Source of the DNA: Vicinamibacteria bacterium
GTDB lineage: Bacteria > Acidobacteriota > Vicinamibacteria > Vicinamibacterales > JAENWD01
DNA length: 64,000 nucleotides
Reading direction: 5' to 3'
Assembly: GCA_963800785.1 (NCBI GenBank)
Contig: CAWDCH010000016.1
Location: 98,688 to 162,687 of the forward strand
Positions 28,723-42,530 of the stretch are shown here, in pieces. Made by a program: the position numbers and the translations under genes. Position 1 is the stretch's first letter. Each line of letters opens with the position of its first letter. A model generated the notes under the pieces. That model was given only the letters and a program-made list of their open reading frames with translations. It was not told the origin of the DNA and made no database searches.

Positions 28723-29913
28723 TCAGTCCTTGTCGGTCAGGGCCGCCACGCCCGGGAGCACGCGGCCTCCGAGGAACTCCAGCGACGCGCCGCCGCCGGT
28801 CGAGATGTGCGTGATCTCGTCGGCGACGCCGGCCTTGTTGATCGCGGCAATCGAATCGCCGCCGCCAACGATCGTAGTGCCGTTCACCGAGGCCACGGCG
28901 CGGGCCACGGCCTCGGTGCCCTTCGCGAGCTCGGCGATCTCGAAGACACCCATCGGACCATTCCACACCACGGTCTTGGCGCCGCCAATCACCGAAGCAT
29001 ACTTCGCCGCGGTCTTCGGTCCGATGTCCAGGCCCATCCGGTCGCCAATCGCGGCGTCGGTGACGTCGAGCACCTCCGTCGGCGCCCCCGCCTCGAGCTT
29101 GGGCGCGACGACATGATCGACGGGAAGCTCGAGCTGCACACCGCGTGACTTGGCGCGGGCGAGCACCTCCGTGGCGCTTTGCAGCCGATCATCCTCCACC
29201 AGCGACTTCCCGACCGGCAGCCCCTGCGCCTTGAAGAAGGTGTAGGCCATCGCGCCGCCGATGATCAGGGCGTCGACCTTGCCGAGCAGGTTGTCGATGA
29301 CCTCGATCTTGTCCGAGACCTTCGCGCCTCCGAGGATCGCGACGAACGGCCGCGTCGGATGCTCCAGTGCCTGACCGAGGTACTGGAGCTCCTTTTCCAT
29401 CAGGAATCCCGCCGCGCCCTGGCCAATCACCCGCACGATCGCGTCGACGGACGCATGCGCGCGGTGAGCGGCACCGAAGGCGTCGTTGACGTAGAGTTCC
29501 GCGTTCTCCGCGAGCTTTGCGGCGAACACCGGATCGTTCTTCTCTTCCTGGGAATAGAAGCGCAGGTTCTCGAGGAGCACAACGTGGCTGCCGTTGGTCG
29601 CGGCCTCCACACCTTTCCTGGCCTCCTCGCCGATGCAGTCGGCGGCAAAGACTACTTCGCGGCCGAGCAGCTCCGAGAGCCGGGCGGCGACGGGCGTCAG
29701 GCTGTATTCCGGAGCCACCTTCCCCTTGGGGCGTCCGAAGTGCGATGCCAGGATCACTGTCGCTCCCTGCTCGAGGGCGTACGTGATTGTCGGCAACGCG
29801 GCACGAATGCGCGTGTCGTCGCCAATCGTGCCGTTCTTGATCGGCACGTTGAAGTCGACGCGGATGAAGCCCTTCTTGCCTTTCAGGTCGAGATCGCGGA
29901 TCGACAGTTTCAC
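28723..29913 (-). CDS. pgk: phosphoglycerate kinase
   Basis: The translation reads RVDFNVPI...SHFGRPKG...GGGDS. The start is taken at the GTG ([14 protein letters not shown]), 4 nt after the gap stop. Confidence 0.92.
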   Translation of the reverse strand: MKLSIRDLDLKGKKGFIRVDFNVPIKNGTIGDDTRIRAALPTITYALEQGATVILASHFGRPKGKVAPEYSLTPVAARLSELLGREVVFAADCIGEEARKGVEAATNGSHVVLLENLRFYSQEEKNDPVFAAKLAENAELYVNDAFGAAHRAHASVDAIVRVIGQGAAGFLMEKELQYLGQALEHPTRPFVAILGGAKVSDKIEVIDNLLGKVDALIIGGAMAYTFFKAQGLPVGKSLVEDDRLQSATEVLARAKSRGVQLELPVDHVVAPKLEAGAPTEVLDVTDAAIGDRMGLDIGPKTAAKYASVIGGAKTVVWNGPMGVFEIAELAKGTEAVARAVASVNGTTIVGGGDSIAAINKAGVADEITHISTGGGASLEFLGGRVLPGVAALTDKD

Positions 29914-29917
29914 CGGT

Positions 29918-32421
<2,504 letters not shown>

Positions 32422-32427
32422 CGCCAC

Positions 32428-33450
32428 GTGAGCGTCGCGTCCCATATTTATGGCTTGGTGGCTCTCCGCAGGCGAGCCTGGCTCGTCGATCACCCCTCCC
32501 GAATCCGCCGGCTCGATCGGCCCGTGGTCAGCGTGGGTGGTCTGTCGGCGGGTGGGAGCGGCAAAACGCCGCTCGCCGCCTTTGTCGCGCGACGACTGGT
32601 CGAGGCCGGCCATCGTCCCGCGATTCTGAGCCGCGGCTACGCGCGAACGGCTCCCGACGATGGCGTCACCATCGTCAGCGATGGGACTCGTCTGCGTGCG
32701 GACCTCGGTCGCGCGGGCGACGAGCCGCTGATGCTGGCGCGCGCGCTCCCCGATGTGCCCGTCCTCGTGTCGCCGGACCGCTATCTCGCGGGGCGTGTTG
32801 CTGAACTGCACCTGGGCGCGACCGTGCACGTGCTGGATGATGGCTTCCAGCACATGGCGCTGGCGCGGGATGTCGATCTCCTCATCGTCGACGCCACCGA
32901 GGTGGAGCGGCCGCGGCTGCTGCCGTCGGGCCGGTTGCGAGAGCCGCTCGCTGCGGCACGTCACGCGGATGCGATCCTCGTGGCGGGAGAAGGTAGCGAC
33001 CCCCGTGCGGTCGCAGATCGACTCCGTGTCGACACGGCCTTCACGCTGACCCGCACTGTCGGCACGCCTGTGGAAGAGACGTTGATGGCGCCGGTGCCCG
33101 TGAGACTGCCAGCGAGAGGGTTCCTGCTGAGCGGCATCGCGCGTCCGGACCGGTTCGAAGACGATGCCCGGCGTCTCGGCGTCGAGGTCGTTGGTACCAT
33201 GGTGCTCAGGGATCACTACGCGTATCGACCGGCCGATATCGCCGCGATCGGGAAGCTGGTACGCGAGACCGGAGCGGACATCGTGGTCACGACCGAGAAG
33301 GATCTGGTGAAGCTGCTGATTCACCGGCCGTGGCCGTTTCGCGCTGCTGTAGTGCCACTGCACGTCGGCGTCGAGCCGCGTGACGAGTTCACCTCCTGGC
33401 TCGAGGCGCGTGTCGCGCAGGCTCCCCGGCCTGAAGGATCCGCCTCGTGA
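32428..33450 (+). CDS. lpxK: tetraacyldisaccharide 4'-kinase
   Basis: P-loop VVSVGGLSAGGSGKTP, followed by ILSRGY...LDDGFQH. Confidence 0.85.
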   Translation: MSVASHIYGLVALRRRAWLVDHPSRIRRLDRPVVSVGGLSAGGSGKTPLAAFVARRLVEAGHRPAILSRGYARTAPDDGVTIVSDGTRLRADLGRAGDEPLMLARALPDVPVLVSPDRYLAGRVAELHLGATVHVLDDGFQHMALARDVDLLIVDATEVERPRLLPSGRLREPLAAARHADAILVAGEGSDPRAVADRLRVDTAFTLTRTVGTPVEETLMAPVPVRLPARGFLLSGIARPDRFEDDARRLGVEVVGTMVLRDHYAYRPADIAAIGKLVRETGADIVVTTEKDLVKLLIHRPWPFRAAVVPLHVGVEPRDEFTSWLEARVAQAPRPEGSAS

Positions 33451-34379
33451 GACACCGCGCCGAGTATCTGGCGGTATCCGGACTCCGCTGGCTCGTGCGC
33501 ATCCTGCCGCATGGAATCGTGCGGGCGATGGGCGGGGCACTCGGCCTGATGTTCTACGCCCTGGATCGCGTACATCGGCGTGTTGCCGACACCAACCTCG
33601 CGACGGCGTTCCCCAAACGCTCGGCGGCCGAACGACGGCAAATCACGCGCGCGATGTTCGTGCACTTCGGCCGGCTCCTCTTCGAGCTGCTGCGATTCAG
33701 TACACTCAGCCCGGACGAGATGCGCCGTCGAATCGAGTTCGACGGCGAGGAGCGCGCCCGGGCGGCCTACGCGCAGGGCAAGGGCGTGCTGTTCTTCACA
33801 GGGCATTTCGGCTACTGGGAAATTCACGCGATCGGTCATGGCCTCGAAGTTCAACCGATCGGAGTGCTCGCGCGCGCCCTCGACAACTCGTCCTTGAACG
33901 CGCTCCTCGAAGAAGTACGGTCGAAGACCGGCAACTGGGTGATCTATCGCCATGGCGCCGTGCGCAAGGTCCTGCGCGCGCTCTCGTCGGGACAGGGCGT
34001 CGCGCTCCTGATCGACCAGCACATGCACAGCGCTGATGCGATCTACGTCGACTTCTTCGAACGGTCGGCGGCCACGACGTCGATGCTGGCTGCGCTGGCG
34101 TTGCGCACGGGCGCCCCGGTCGTGCCGGTGTTTGCGCTGCCCCTCGGCAGCGGCCGCTACCGGTTGATCTACGAGCATCCCGTGGCGCCGCCCGATCAGG
34201 ACTCGCCCGACGCGGTTCGCGAGTTCACGCAGCGGTGTACCGACGTGCTCGAGATGTACGTGCGCCGCCACCCGTCGTTGTGGCTGTGGATGCATCGGCG
34301 CTGGCGCGATGCACCGCTTCCCGCGGAGACGCCCGGCATGTTTCCTCACGCGCGGCCCGACACCGAAGAACAGGGATGA
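33447..34379 (+). CDS. lipid A biosynthesis (Kdo2-lipid IVA) acyltransferase, LpxL/LpxM family
   Basis: The FTGHFGYWE acyltransferase motif (HX4E/D) is present. The length is ~310 aa. Its start overlaps the lpxK stop. Confidence 0.8.
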   Translation: MRHRAEYLAVSGLRWLVRILPHGIVRAMGGALGLMFYALDRVHRRVADTNLATAFPKRSAAERRQITRAMFVHFGRLLFELLRFSTLSPDEMRRRIEFDGEERARAAYAQGKGVLFFTGHFGYWEIHAIGHGLEVQPIGVLARALDNSSLNALLEEVRSKTGNWVIYRHGAVRKVLRALSSGQGVALLIDQHMHSADAIYVDFFERSAATTSMLAALALRTGAPVVPVFALPLGSGRYRLIYEHPVAPPDQDSPDAVREFTQRCTDVLEMYVRRHPSLWLWMHRRWRDAPLPAETPGMFPHARPDTEEQG

Positions 34380-35443
34380 GCCGCATCGTTGTCCTCGCAC
34401 CCAACTGGATTGGCGATGCGGTGATGGCGCTTCCCGCGATCGCCAGCGTCCGGCAGTGGCAGCCGGGTGCGCATCTGGCGGTGGCGGCGCGCGCGTCGGT
34501 CGCGCCGCTGTTCGCCATGGTCAGCGGTGTCGATGCCGTTGTGACCCTGCGCGGTCGCGGCGGGTGGGGGGATGCGTGGCGGACATCGATCGACGCACGG
34601 TCGCTGGCCGCCGGCAGATACGATGCGGCGCTGCTGATGCCCAACTCCCTGCATGCGGCGCTGCTGGCACGGCGCGCGGGAATCGGCCAACGTTGGGGGT
34701 ATAGCGCCGATTTCCGATCGCGGCTGCTGACGCGCGCGGTGCCAAAACCACGCGGGTTGATCCACCAGGCAGAGTACTATCTTCAGCTCGTGCGAGTGCT
34801 GGGTGCGCCGCGGGCGCCGATGGTGGCCGAGTTGCGTGTGACCGAGGACGACCGGCGGCGGGCGGTCGAGCTGTTGCGCGAGCAGGGCTGGGATGGCGCG
34901 GCGCTCGTCGCTTTTGCTCCCGGTGCGGCTTTTGGGCTGGCGAAGCGGTGGCCGCCTGATCGCATGGCAGCCACTGCGGCAGCGCTCGCCCAGCGCCTGC
35001 ACGTGACGCCTGTGCTGATTGGCGCGGGAGCCGATCGTTCCGCGACGAAAGCCGTCGCGCGCGAATACACGCGCGAGCGGGGCGCCGATGCACCGATCAT
35101 CGACGTGGCAGGGCGTACCGAGTTGAGCACGCTCGTGGCGCTGTTCGGCATGTGCACCGGCGCCGTGTCGAACGATTCCGGCGCGATGCATGTGGCCGCC
35201 GCGTCGGGCATCCCCGTGACCGCGATCTTCGGTCCCACCAACGAACAGCGCACGTCGCCTCTCCCGCACCCCTCAGGAGCCGGCACGGCAATCGTGGCCG
35301 GTCGCGCCTGGTGTCGACCGTGCGAACTGCGCGCGTGCCCCCTCGATCATCGCTGTATGACCAGCATCGAGGTCCAGACGGTCATCGAGGCCACCGCGCG
35401 CAATATCGAGCTGAGGCACCGCTCCCGAGGTCACCGCGCATGA
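34376..35443 (+). CDS. GT9 ADP-heptose:LPS heptosyltransferase (WaaF-like)
   Basis: The internal start MSRIVVLAPNWIGDAVMALPA overlaps the upstream stop (ATGA). The C-terminal motif NDSGAMHVAAA is present. Confidence 0.75.
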   Translation: MSRIVVLAPNWIGDAVMALPAIASVRQWQPGAHLAVAARASVAPLFAMVSGVDAVVTLRGRGGWGDAWRTSIDARSLAAGRYDAALLMPNSLHAALLARRAGIGQRWGYSADFRSRLLTRAVPKPRGLIHQAEYYLQLVRVLGAPRAPMVAELRVTEDDRRRAVELLREQGWDGAALVAFAPGAAFGLAKRWPPDRMAATAAALAQRLHVTPVLIGAGADRSATKAVAREYTRERGADAPIIDVAGRTELSTLVALFGMCTGAVSNDSGAMHVAAASGIPVTAIFGPTNEQRTSPLPHPSGAGTAIVAGRAWCRPCELRACPLDHRCMTSIEVQTVIEATARNIELRHRSRGHRA

Positions 35444-36030
35444 AGCCGGCAGTGTTTCTCGATCGCGACGGTACCCTGATCGAAGAGCGGGGATATCTGG
35501 ACAAGCTCGAAGACATTGCACTGTTTCCCGGTACGCTGGCGGCGCTTCGGCACCTCCGCGAGGCTGGTTACGCGCTCGTGCTCGTCACGAATCAGGCTGG
35601 AGTGGCACGCGGCTTCTTCGACGAGGCGTTCGTGCAGAAGGCGCATCGCCATCTTGCGGGCATGCTGGCAGCAGAAAATGTGGTCCTGGACGGGTACTAT
35701 TACTGCCCGCACCATCCGGACGGCGTGGTCGCCGAATATGCGCGTTCCTGCCGATGCCGAAAGCCGGCGCCTGGGATGGTGGAGCAGGCGGTTCGCGACC
35801 TGGACCTCGATGTCGATCGCTCGTTCGTCGTTGGCGACAAGTGGCTCGATGTCGAGCTGGCGGCGAACGCCGGCGCCCGAGGCATCCTCGTTCGCACCGG
35901 CTACGGTGCAGGCATCGAGGACAGACGGCCCGGGCTGACTAGGCCGGTGGCGATAGTCGATACCATCCTCGACGCGGCGCGCGAGATTATGCGCCGCTCC
36001 GCTGACGCCTCCAGGCAGATACGCGACTGA
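35440..36030 (+). CDS. gmhB: D-glycero-beta-D-manno-heptose 1,7-bisphosphate 7-phosphatase
   Basis: FLDRDGTL (HAD motif I), TNQAGV, the zinc-site CPHHP...CRCRKP, and VGDKWLD. Confidence 0.85.
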   Translation: MKPAVFLDRDGTLIEERGYLDKLEDIALFPGTLAALRHLREAGYALVLVTNQAGVARGFFDEAFVQKAHRHLAGMLAAENVVLDGYYYCPHHPDGVVAEYARSCRCRKPAPGMVEQAVRDLDLDVDRSFVVGDKWLDVELAANAGARGILVRTGYGAGIEDRRPGLTRPVAIVDTILDAAREIMRRSADASRQIRD

Positions 36031-36032
36031 CG

Positions 36033-37085
36033 ATGCCCACGACCGATACGAGTGCGCCTGCCGTTCCGCCCGGGCGACTCCTCGCTCTCATGCAGGCGTT
36101 TACTGGCCGTCGCATTGCCGTTGTTGGCGACCTCCTGGCCGACGAATTCATTTACGGCCGCGTCGAGCGGGTCTCCCGGGAAGCGCCGGTTCTGATCCTG
36201 CGCTACGACCAGACAATCGTGGTCCCGGGGGGCGCCGGCAATGCCGCCAGCAATGTTGCCGCTCTCGGTGGCGAAGTGGTGCTCGCCGCCATCGTCGGAC
36301 AGGACGACGCGGGAAAGCGATTGGTGGCAAGTCTGCCGCGCGGCGTGGATCGGGCATCCCTGATCCGTGCCGAGGGCTACGACACGCCACTCAAGACGCG
36401 AATTCTCGCCGGCGGGGTGCATTCCGCCAAACAACAGGTGGTGCGCATCGATCGGGTGCGATCGGTAGCACCGGCCGCATCGGACCGCCGCAGTCTTGTC
36501 CGCGCTGCACTCGATGCCGCAGCGGGCTCCGATGCGGTGCTGATCTCCGACTACGGCTCCGGTCTGGTGAACCCGGAGGTGGTGGCGTCGATTGCGGCTC
36601 GTGCGCGCCGCGGATCAGGCCGGGCTCGAGTGCCGGTGCTGCTCGATTCCCGCTACGACACGCTGCGCTATCGCGGACTCACGGCCTGTACGCCGAATGA
36701 GTCGGAAGTCGAGCAGATGCTGAAGATCACGATCGACGACGACGTTCCGTCACTGGAGCGGGCCGGGCGAACGCTGCTTCGACGGACGGGAATGGAGGCG
36801 GTCCTGATCACGCGGGGAAGCCGTGGGATGGCGTTATTCGAGGGCGGCAAGCCGACCCAGCACATCCCCATCTCCGGGTCGGATGAGATCGCCGATGTCA
36901 CTGGCGCCGGCGATACCGTGATCGCGACGCTCACCTTGGCACTGGCGGCGGGAGCGACGTTCTACGAAGCCGCGCGCCTGGCCAACCATGCTGGCGGCAT
37001 CGTCGTGATGAAGCGCGGCACTGCAACCGTATCGCCTGCGGAGCTTCGCGCCGCGATTCGCGGGGAATCGAGCGGCAGAACGTAA
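36033..37085 (+). CDS. hldA: D-beta-D-heptose 7-phosphate kinase (RfaE/HldE domain I as a separate gene)
   Basis: PfkB-type motifs [16 protein letters not shown] and [11 protein letters not shown]. Confidence 0.8.
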   Translation: MPTTDTSAPAVPPGRLLALMQAFTGRRIAVVGDLLADEFIYGRVERVSREAPVLILRYDQTIVVPGGAGNAASNVAALGGEVVLAAIVGQDDAGKRLVASLPRGVDRASLIRAEGYDTPLKTRILAGGVHSAKQQVVRIDRVRSVAPAASDRRSLVRAALDAAAGSDAVLISDYGSGLVNPEVVASIAARARRGSGRARVPVLLDSRYDTLRYRGLTACTPNESEVEQMLKITIDDDVPSLERAGRTLLRRTGMEAVLITRGSRGMALFEGGKPTQHIPISGSDEIADVTGAGDTVIATLTLALAAGATFYEAARLANHAGGIVVMKRGTATVSPAELRAAIRGESSGRT

Positions 37086-37549
37086 TGGCCGTCAGCAGCC
37101 TCGATGAGATCGACGCGTTCGTGGCCGATGCCCGCTCCCATCAGCACACAATCGCGCTGGCGAACGGCGTCTTCGATTTGCTCCATGTCGGCCACGTCCG
37201 CTACCTGCAGGCGGCGGCCCGCGAAGCCGATCGTCTAATCGTTGCTGTCAACTCGGACGCGTCGGTCCGCCGCCTGAAAGGTGAGGGGCGTCCGATTCTT
37301 GATGAGCACGGACGGGCCGAGATGGTGGCTGCGCTCCGAGGCGTCGATCGCGTCCTGATCTTCGATGACGACACGGTTGGACCGCTGTTGCTGCGTCTGC
37401 GCCCCGACGTGCACTGCAAGGGCACCGACTACACGGTCGAGACCGTGCCCGAGCGTGCCATTGTGATCGGATACGGCGGACGCACCGCAATCTGCGGCGA
37501 TCCCAAGGATCATTCGACAAGGGACCTGCTGCAAAGGATCGCGCGGTGA
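37085..37549 (+). CDS. hldC: D-beta-D-heptose 1-phosphate adenylyltransferase (RfaE/HldE domain II as a separate gene)
   Basis: The cytidylyltransferase motif [16 protein letters not shown] is present, followed by VAVNSDASV. The length is 154 aa. Confidence 0.85.
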   Translation: MAVSSLDEIDAFVADARSHQHTIALANGVFDLLHVGHVRYLQAAAREADRLIVAVNSDASVRRLKGEGRPILDEHGRAEMVAALRGVDRVLIFDDDTVGPLLLRLRPDVHCKGTDYTVETVPERAIVIGYGGRTAICGDPKDHSTRDLLQRIAR

Positions 37550-38595
37550 GGGTGCTGCTCGTTCGCCTGGGGGCGCTCGGCGACATCATCCACGCCGTCC
37601 CGGCGGCGCTGGCCCTGTCAGCCGTGCCGGGCGCCGAGATCGACTGGCTTGTGGATCCGCGACACCGTGCCGTCCTCGACCTCTTTGATTTGCCGATACG
37701 GCCCATCGAAGTTGGACGTGTCACCAGTGGAGGCGAGGCCTCTGACGATCATGGGGGCGTGGCTTTAGCCCCGCCAGGAATACCCGGCCTGTTGCGAACG
37801 ATTCGTTCGCTCCGCCGGCGCGCCTACGACGTCGCAGTCGACTTTCAGGGTTTGATGAAATCGGCGACGTTCGCGCGGCTATCCGGCGCGCGGCGCGTGA
37901 TCGGCTTCGCTCGGGACGTGCTGCGCGAACCGCTCGCCTCGCTCTTATACACCGAGTCGATCGATCCAGGCGTCTACGGTCACGTGATACAGAAAAACGT
38001 GGGGTTGGCGGGCGCGGTAGGCGCTGCGCGTGCACCAACGACGATCTCGATGCCGCTGAAGCCGGACGCCACCGCCGTCACGGTCGCGCCGCCGGGTCCC
38101 TACGCGATTCTCAATCCGGGTGCCGGGTGGCCAAACAAGCAATGGGCGCCGGATCGGTTCGGCGCAGTCGCCGATCGGTTGCGGCGTGAGCACGGACTCG
38201 CGGTCGCGGTGACCTGGGGGCCAGGTGAAGAGCCGCTCGCGCGGGCCGTCGTCGAGGCGTCGTCAGGAGCCGCGCAGCAAGCGCCGCCGACGACGCTGCC
38301 GGAACTGCTGGCGCTGGTGCGCCGAGCGCATCTGGTCGTCTCCGGCGACACGGGGCCGCTTCACCTTGCCGCGGCGGCGGCGACGCCGATTGTCGGGGTG
38401 TTCGGCCCGACCGATCCCCGGCGGAACGGCCCATGGATGAGCGACGACGTGTCGGTCTCGCAGTTTCACCAGTGCATTTGCCATCACAAGCGGCAGTGCT
38501 CGCGGTCAACGCGTTGCCTCGATGACATCAGTGTCGACGACGTGATGCGTGCAGTGGAGGTGCGGCTGGCGCGGGCAGGAGCTGTGAAGCGGTGA
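37546..38595 (+). CDS. GT9 heptosyltransferase (WaaC-like)
   Basis: The translation reads [20 protein letters not shown]...DFQGLMKSA...[13 protein letters not shown]. It contains an internal REP-like segment at 37754-37775. Confidence 0.7.
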   Translation: MRVLLVRLGALGDIIHAVPAALALSAVPGAEIDWLVDPRHRAVLDLFDLPIRPIEVGRVTSGGEASDDHGGVALAPPGIPGLLRTIRSLRRRAYDVAVDFQGLMKSATFARLSGARRVIGFARDVLREPLASLLYTESIDPGVYGHVIQKNVGLAGAVGAARAPTTISMPLKPDATAVTVAPPGPYAILNPGAGWPNKQWAPDRFGAVADRLRREHGLAVAVTWGPGEEPLARAVVEASSGAAQQAPPTTLPELLALVRRAHLVVSGDTGPLHLAAAAATPIVGVFGPTDPRRNGPWMSDDVSVSQFHQCICHHKRQCSRSTRCLDDISVDDVMRAVEVRLARAGAVKR

Positions 38596-39125
38596 GCGCG
38601 AGGCTCGCCGGATTTCTGGCGCGACGCCGCGTGTCGCTCGGGTTCGTCTTCGCCCTGGCCGTACTCTTTTTCTCGAGAGCGACGTGGCGGTCGATTGCGG
38701 CGGGCGCGGCGATCGGCGTCGCCGGTGAGGCGATTCGTGTCTGGGCCGCCGGGCATCTCGAGAAGAGCCGCGAGGTCACATCATCGGGACCCTACCGAGT
38801 CACGCGACATCCGCTCTATCTCGGGTCGTCGATCATGGGGCTCGGCGTCGCGGTCGCGTCGCGGTCGCTGGTGGTCGCCCTGCTGATGGTCGTCTACATG
38901 GGCGCGACGATCGCCGCAGCGATCCGCACCGAAGAGGCGTTCCTCCGGAAGCAATTCGGCGATGCCTATGACGCCTACGCCGCCTCTTGCGGCCCGACCG
39001 CGACGCGCCGCTTCAGCCTCGAGCGGGCGTGGCGCAATCGTGAGTACCGTGCGGTTGTGGGCCTCGCGATGTTCGTGTTGCTGCTGATCGGCCGAATGTG
39101 GCTGCAGGCGCGCGGCGTGATTTGA
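38592..39125 (+). CDS. isoprenylcysteine carboxyl methyltransferase (ICMT)/phospholipid methyltransferase-family membrane protein
   Basis: The protein is multi-TM. The motif GPYRVTRHPLYLGSSIMGLG is typical of the family. Confidence 0.7.
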   Translation: MSARLAGFLARRRVSLGFVFALAVLFFSRATWRSIAAGAAIGVAGEAIRVWAAGHLEKSREVTSSGPYRVTRHPLYLGSSIMGLGVAVASRSLVVALLMVVYMGATIAAAIRTEEAFLRKQFGDAYDAYAASCGPTATRRFSLERAWRNREYRAVVGLAMFVLLLIGRMWLQARGVI

Positions 39126-39192
39126 CGGGCCCCGAAGCTGGAGTTTATAGTACGGTGTTTCGGTGGGGCGTCAGGGGACGAGCCTACTGGCC

Positions 39193-39265
39193 GGGCGGTT
39201 AGCTCAGTTGGTAGAGCACCGGCTTTACACGCCGGCTGTCACAGGTTCGAGTCCTGTACCGCCCA
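39193..39265 (+). tRNA. tRNA-Val (anticodon TAC), CCA not encoded
   Basis: Acceptor GGGCGGT/ACCGCCC, D-arm GCTC-AGTTGGTA-GAGC, anticodon stem CCGGC/GCCGG with loop TTTACAC, and T-arm ACAGG-TTCGAGT-CCTGT. Confidence 0.92.
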
Positions 39266-39380
39266 CTAAAGTGCCAAGTGCCAAGTGCTAAGTGCAAAGT
39301 GGTGGCTGACACCCGCCACTTGCTACTCCTCACTTTTCACTCCACTTCGCACTTGACACTTAGCAGTTAGCACTTCTGTT
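39266..39380. repeat. octamer tandem repeats forming a long imperfect hairpin in the tRNA-Val/tRNA-Asp spacer
   Basis: AAGTGCCAAGTGCCAAGTGCTAAGTGCAAAGTGGTGGC is followed by a loop and then the complementary GCCACTT...CACTT...GCACTT...CACTT...GCACTT units. Confidence 0.6.
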
Positions 39381-40342
<962 letters not shown>

Positions 40343-40384
40343 TGGCGCCATCATCGGTTTACCTAGAAAGTCATCGGGTAATAG

Positions 40385-41617
40385 TTACTGCGCTGGCACG
40401 GCCAATGCGCTGACGTCGCAGCCGAGATCGGCGAGACGCCGCAAGTGATACCGTTTCAGCTTCGCGGTGTTCATCCGATCGAAGTAGTCGGGTCCCAGAT
40501 CGTTGAACACCACGCCGTTGCGGAGCACGTGATAGGCGATGACGAGGATGCTGTGGGCCACGGCGATGCCGGCTCGTTTCGGTCCGCGTCGCCTGTTGAT
40601 GCGGCGGAACTGCGCGCCCAAATAACTCTTCCGGGAGTGAGCCGCCGCCCACGCCGACTCGAGGAGCGTCGTTCGCAGCCAGTTATTCCCGGTGCCCGTT
40701 CCCGCGCTCCGTCGCTTCCCGGCGCTTTCGTGGCTGCCCGGGCAGATGCGCGCCCACGAGGCCACATGACCGGCCGACGCAAACCGCGACATATCGACGC
40801 CGATCTCTGACACGATCACCTCCGCCGAGCGCCGTCCCACGCCCACGATCGTCTGAAGGCGCTGGATCTCAGCGTCGAACGGCTTCGAGATCTCAAGAAT
40901 GCGCGTATCGCACATCGCCACCAGCTCCGCGAGTTGGTCCAGTTGTCTGAGCATCTGTTCGAGGAGGAATGCGTGGTGCGAGGTGAAACGGCCTCGCAGG
41001 GCTTCGGCCAGCTGCGTCACTTTCGGGGTGAGACTGCCCTTTGCGAGCGTCGCCAGGCGCTCGGGATCGGTTTCTCCGCGGACCAGCGCGTTCAGCATGG
41101 CGCGGCCCGAGACCCCCAGCACGTCCGCGACGACGTTCGCGAGCTTGATGTTGGCCGTCTCGAGCAGCTGATGCACACGGTTCGTCGCCTTGACCCGATC
41201 CCGAATGAGGCTCTTCCGATGCCGCGTCAGATCGCGCAGGTCGCGGACCGCCGGCGGTGGAATGAAGCTCGCGCGAATGAGGCCATGCGCGAGCAGATTC
41301 GCGATCCACTCGCAGTCTTTCACGTCGGTCTTCCGACCCGGCACCGCCTTGATGTGGTGCGCATTGGCCAACACGACGTGAAAGCTGCCCTCGAGCAGAT
41401 TGAAGACCGGCCTCCAATACACACTCGTTGATTCCATCGCCACGTGCGTACACGCCGCTTGAGCCAGCCAGTCGTGCAGCCGAAGCAATTCGGCGGTCGT
41501 CGTGCCGTACTGGCGGACTTCCGTCTTGATCCGCCGGCCTTCTTGCAGCCGCAGGCAGACGACCACGGATTCCTTGTGCACGTCGATCCCGCAGCAGCGG
41601 GCGTGTATCACGTCCAT
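40385..41617 (-). CDS. IS110-family transposase (intact)
   Basis: The internal start MDVIHARCCGIDVHKESVVVC is the canonical N-terminus. The C-terminal part reads IVGVGRRSAEVIVSEIG...LRTTLLESAWAAA. Confidence 0.88.
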   Translation of the reverse strand: MDVIHARCCGIDVHKESVVVCLRLQEGRRIKTEVRQYGTTTAELLRLHDWLAQAACTHVAMESTSVYWRPVFNLLEGSFHVVLANAHHIKAVPGRKTDVKDCEWIANLLAHGLIRASFIPPPAVRDLRDLTRHRKSLIRDRVKATNRVHQLLETANIKLANVVADVLGVSGRAMLNALVRGETDPERLATLAKGSLTPKVTQLAEALRGRFTSHHAFLLEQMLRQLDQLAELVAMCDTRILEISKPFDAEIQRLQTIVGVGRRSAEVIVSEIGVDMSRFASAGHVASWARICPGSHESAGKRRSAGTGTGNNWLRTTLLESAWAAAHSRKSYLGAQFRRINRRRGPKRAGIAVAHSILVIAYHVLRNGVVFNDLGPDYFDRMNTAKLKRYHLRRLADLGCDVSALAVPAQ

Positions 41618-41930
41618 CGCACACCTCTCTTGCGAGGCGTGCCGGGGAGTGCCACAGGGTGAGAGTTTACCTGGCGTGCTCCTCATCCCTCATCGGGGGA
41701 GGACAACAGTTCGGGGTGCCTGCGGCGCAGCACTCAGGTCCATTTTGTTCCGGGCTCGATGGCACCAGTAACCCTCGACCTTCGGCCCGACTCGCTCGCG
41801 CCACGGACGCTACCACTTTCATCGCCTTCGCGGGTGGGCCGTCGCCCATGACCATTTTGTTACGCGGCATGACGAGAGCTTTCGCACCGTACAGCCATCG
41901 TATGGGGGGCCGGCAGCGGCGGAGCGAGCT
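41618..41930 (-). ncRNA. candidate IS110 bridge (guide) RNA region in the 5' non-coding end
   Basis: The call rests on position (upstream of the IS110-type recombinase) and visible stem-loops, e.g. CGGGCCGAAGGTCGA...TCGAGCCCG on the minus strand. The boundaries and the RNA itself are not demonstrated. Confidence 0.3.
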
Positions 41931-42062
41931 TCGTTGGGGCTTCGACTACAATCTGTCAATCCAAGGCGAACGGGCGATGTCCACGCTCGTCGGCTTCCGG
42001 GCTGTCCGGAGCCACGTAACGGATCCTGCGGCCCGCCCGCCCGCGCCGAAAGGAGCACGACC

Positions 42063-42353
42063 ATGCCAACCTACATCGTCCTTGGAAACTTCACCGACCA
42101 AGGCATTCGCAATATCAAAGACACGACAAAGCGCGCGAGCGCGGTCAAGGAGGCCGCGAAGAAGGTGGGGGCGTCGGTCAAGAACCTCTACTGGACGCTC
42201 GGCCCCTACGATGTGGTGACGGTGGTTGACGCACCGGATGACCAGTCCGTCGCGGCGCTGCTCTTCAGCATCGGCAGTCTCGGCAACGTCCGGACGCAGT
42301 CGCTCAAAGCATTCGAAGCCGACGAGGTCGAACGCATTCTCGGAAAGATCTGA
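42063..42353 (+). CDS. GYD-domain protein
   Basis: The translation reads MPTYIVLGNFTDQGIRNIKDTTKRA...LGPYDVVTVVDAPDD...GNVRTQSLKAF. AAAGGAG lies upstream. Confidence 0.75.
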   Translation: MPTYIVLGNFTDQGIRNIKDTTKRASAVKEAAKKVGASVKNLYWTLGPYDVVTVVDAPDDQSVAALLFSIGSLGNVRTQSLKAFEADEVERILGKI

Positions 42354-42530
42354 GCCAAGGCTGTTGCGAGTCCGACAACGGAACGCGAAAACGGTACCTA
42401 CGTGGCACCTTCAGGCGGGCGTGTCGTGAGCGCCACGTCGATTCGCGCCGTGTCGCGCACAATTGCGGCACGTCTCAGGACGCGGTAGCGCCCGATAGGC
42501 GCGCAGTGTCGTTCTAAACACTGCGACGTT

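Larger units (their letters stand above)
40345..41930 (-). mobile_element. IS110-family insertion sequence (ends approximate)
   Basis: It has an intact DEDD-type transposase gene, a ~40-bp 3' flank up to the broken recombinase gene, and a long structured 5' non-coding region. No terminal inverted repeats are visible, as expected for IS110. Confidence 0.65.
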
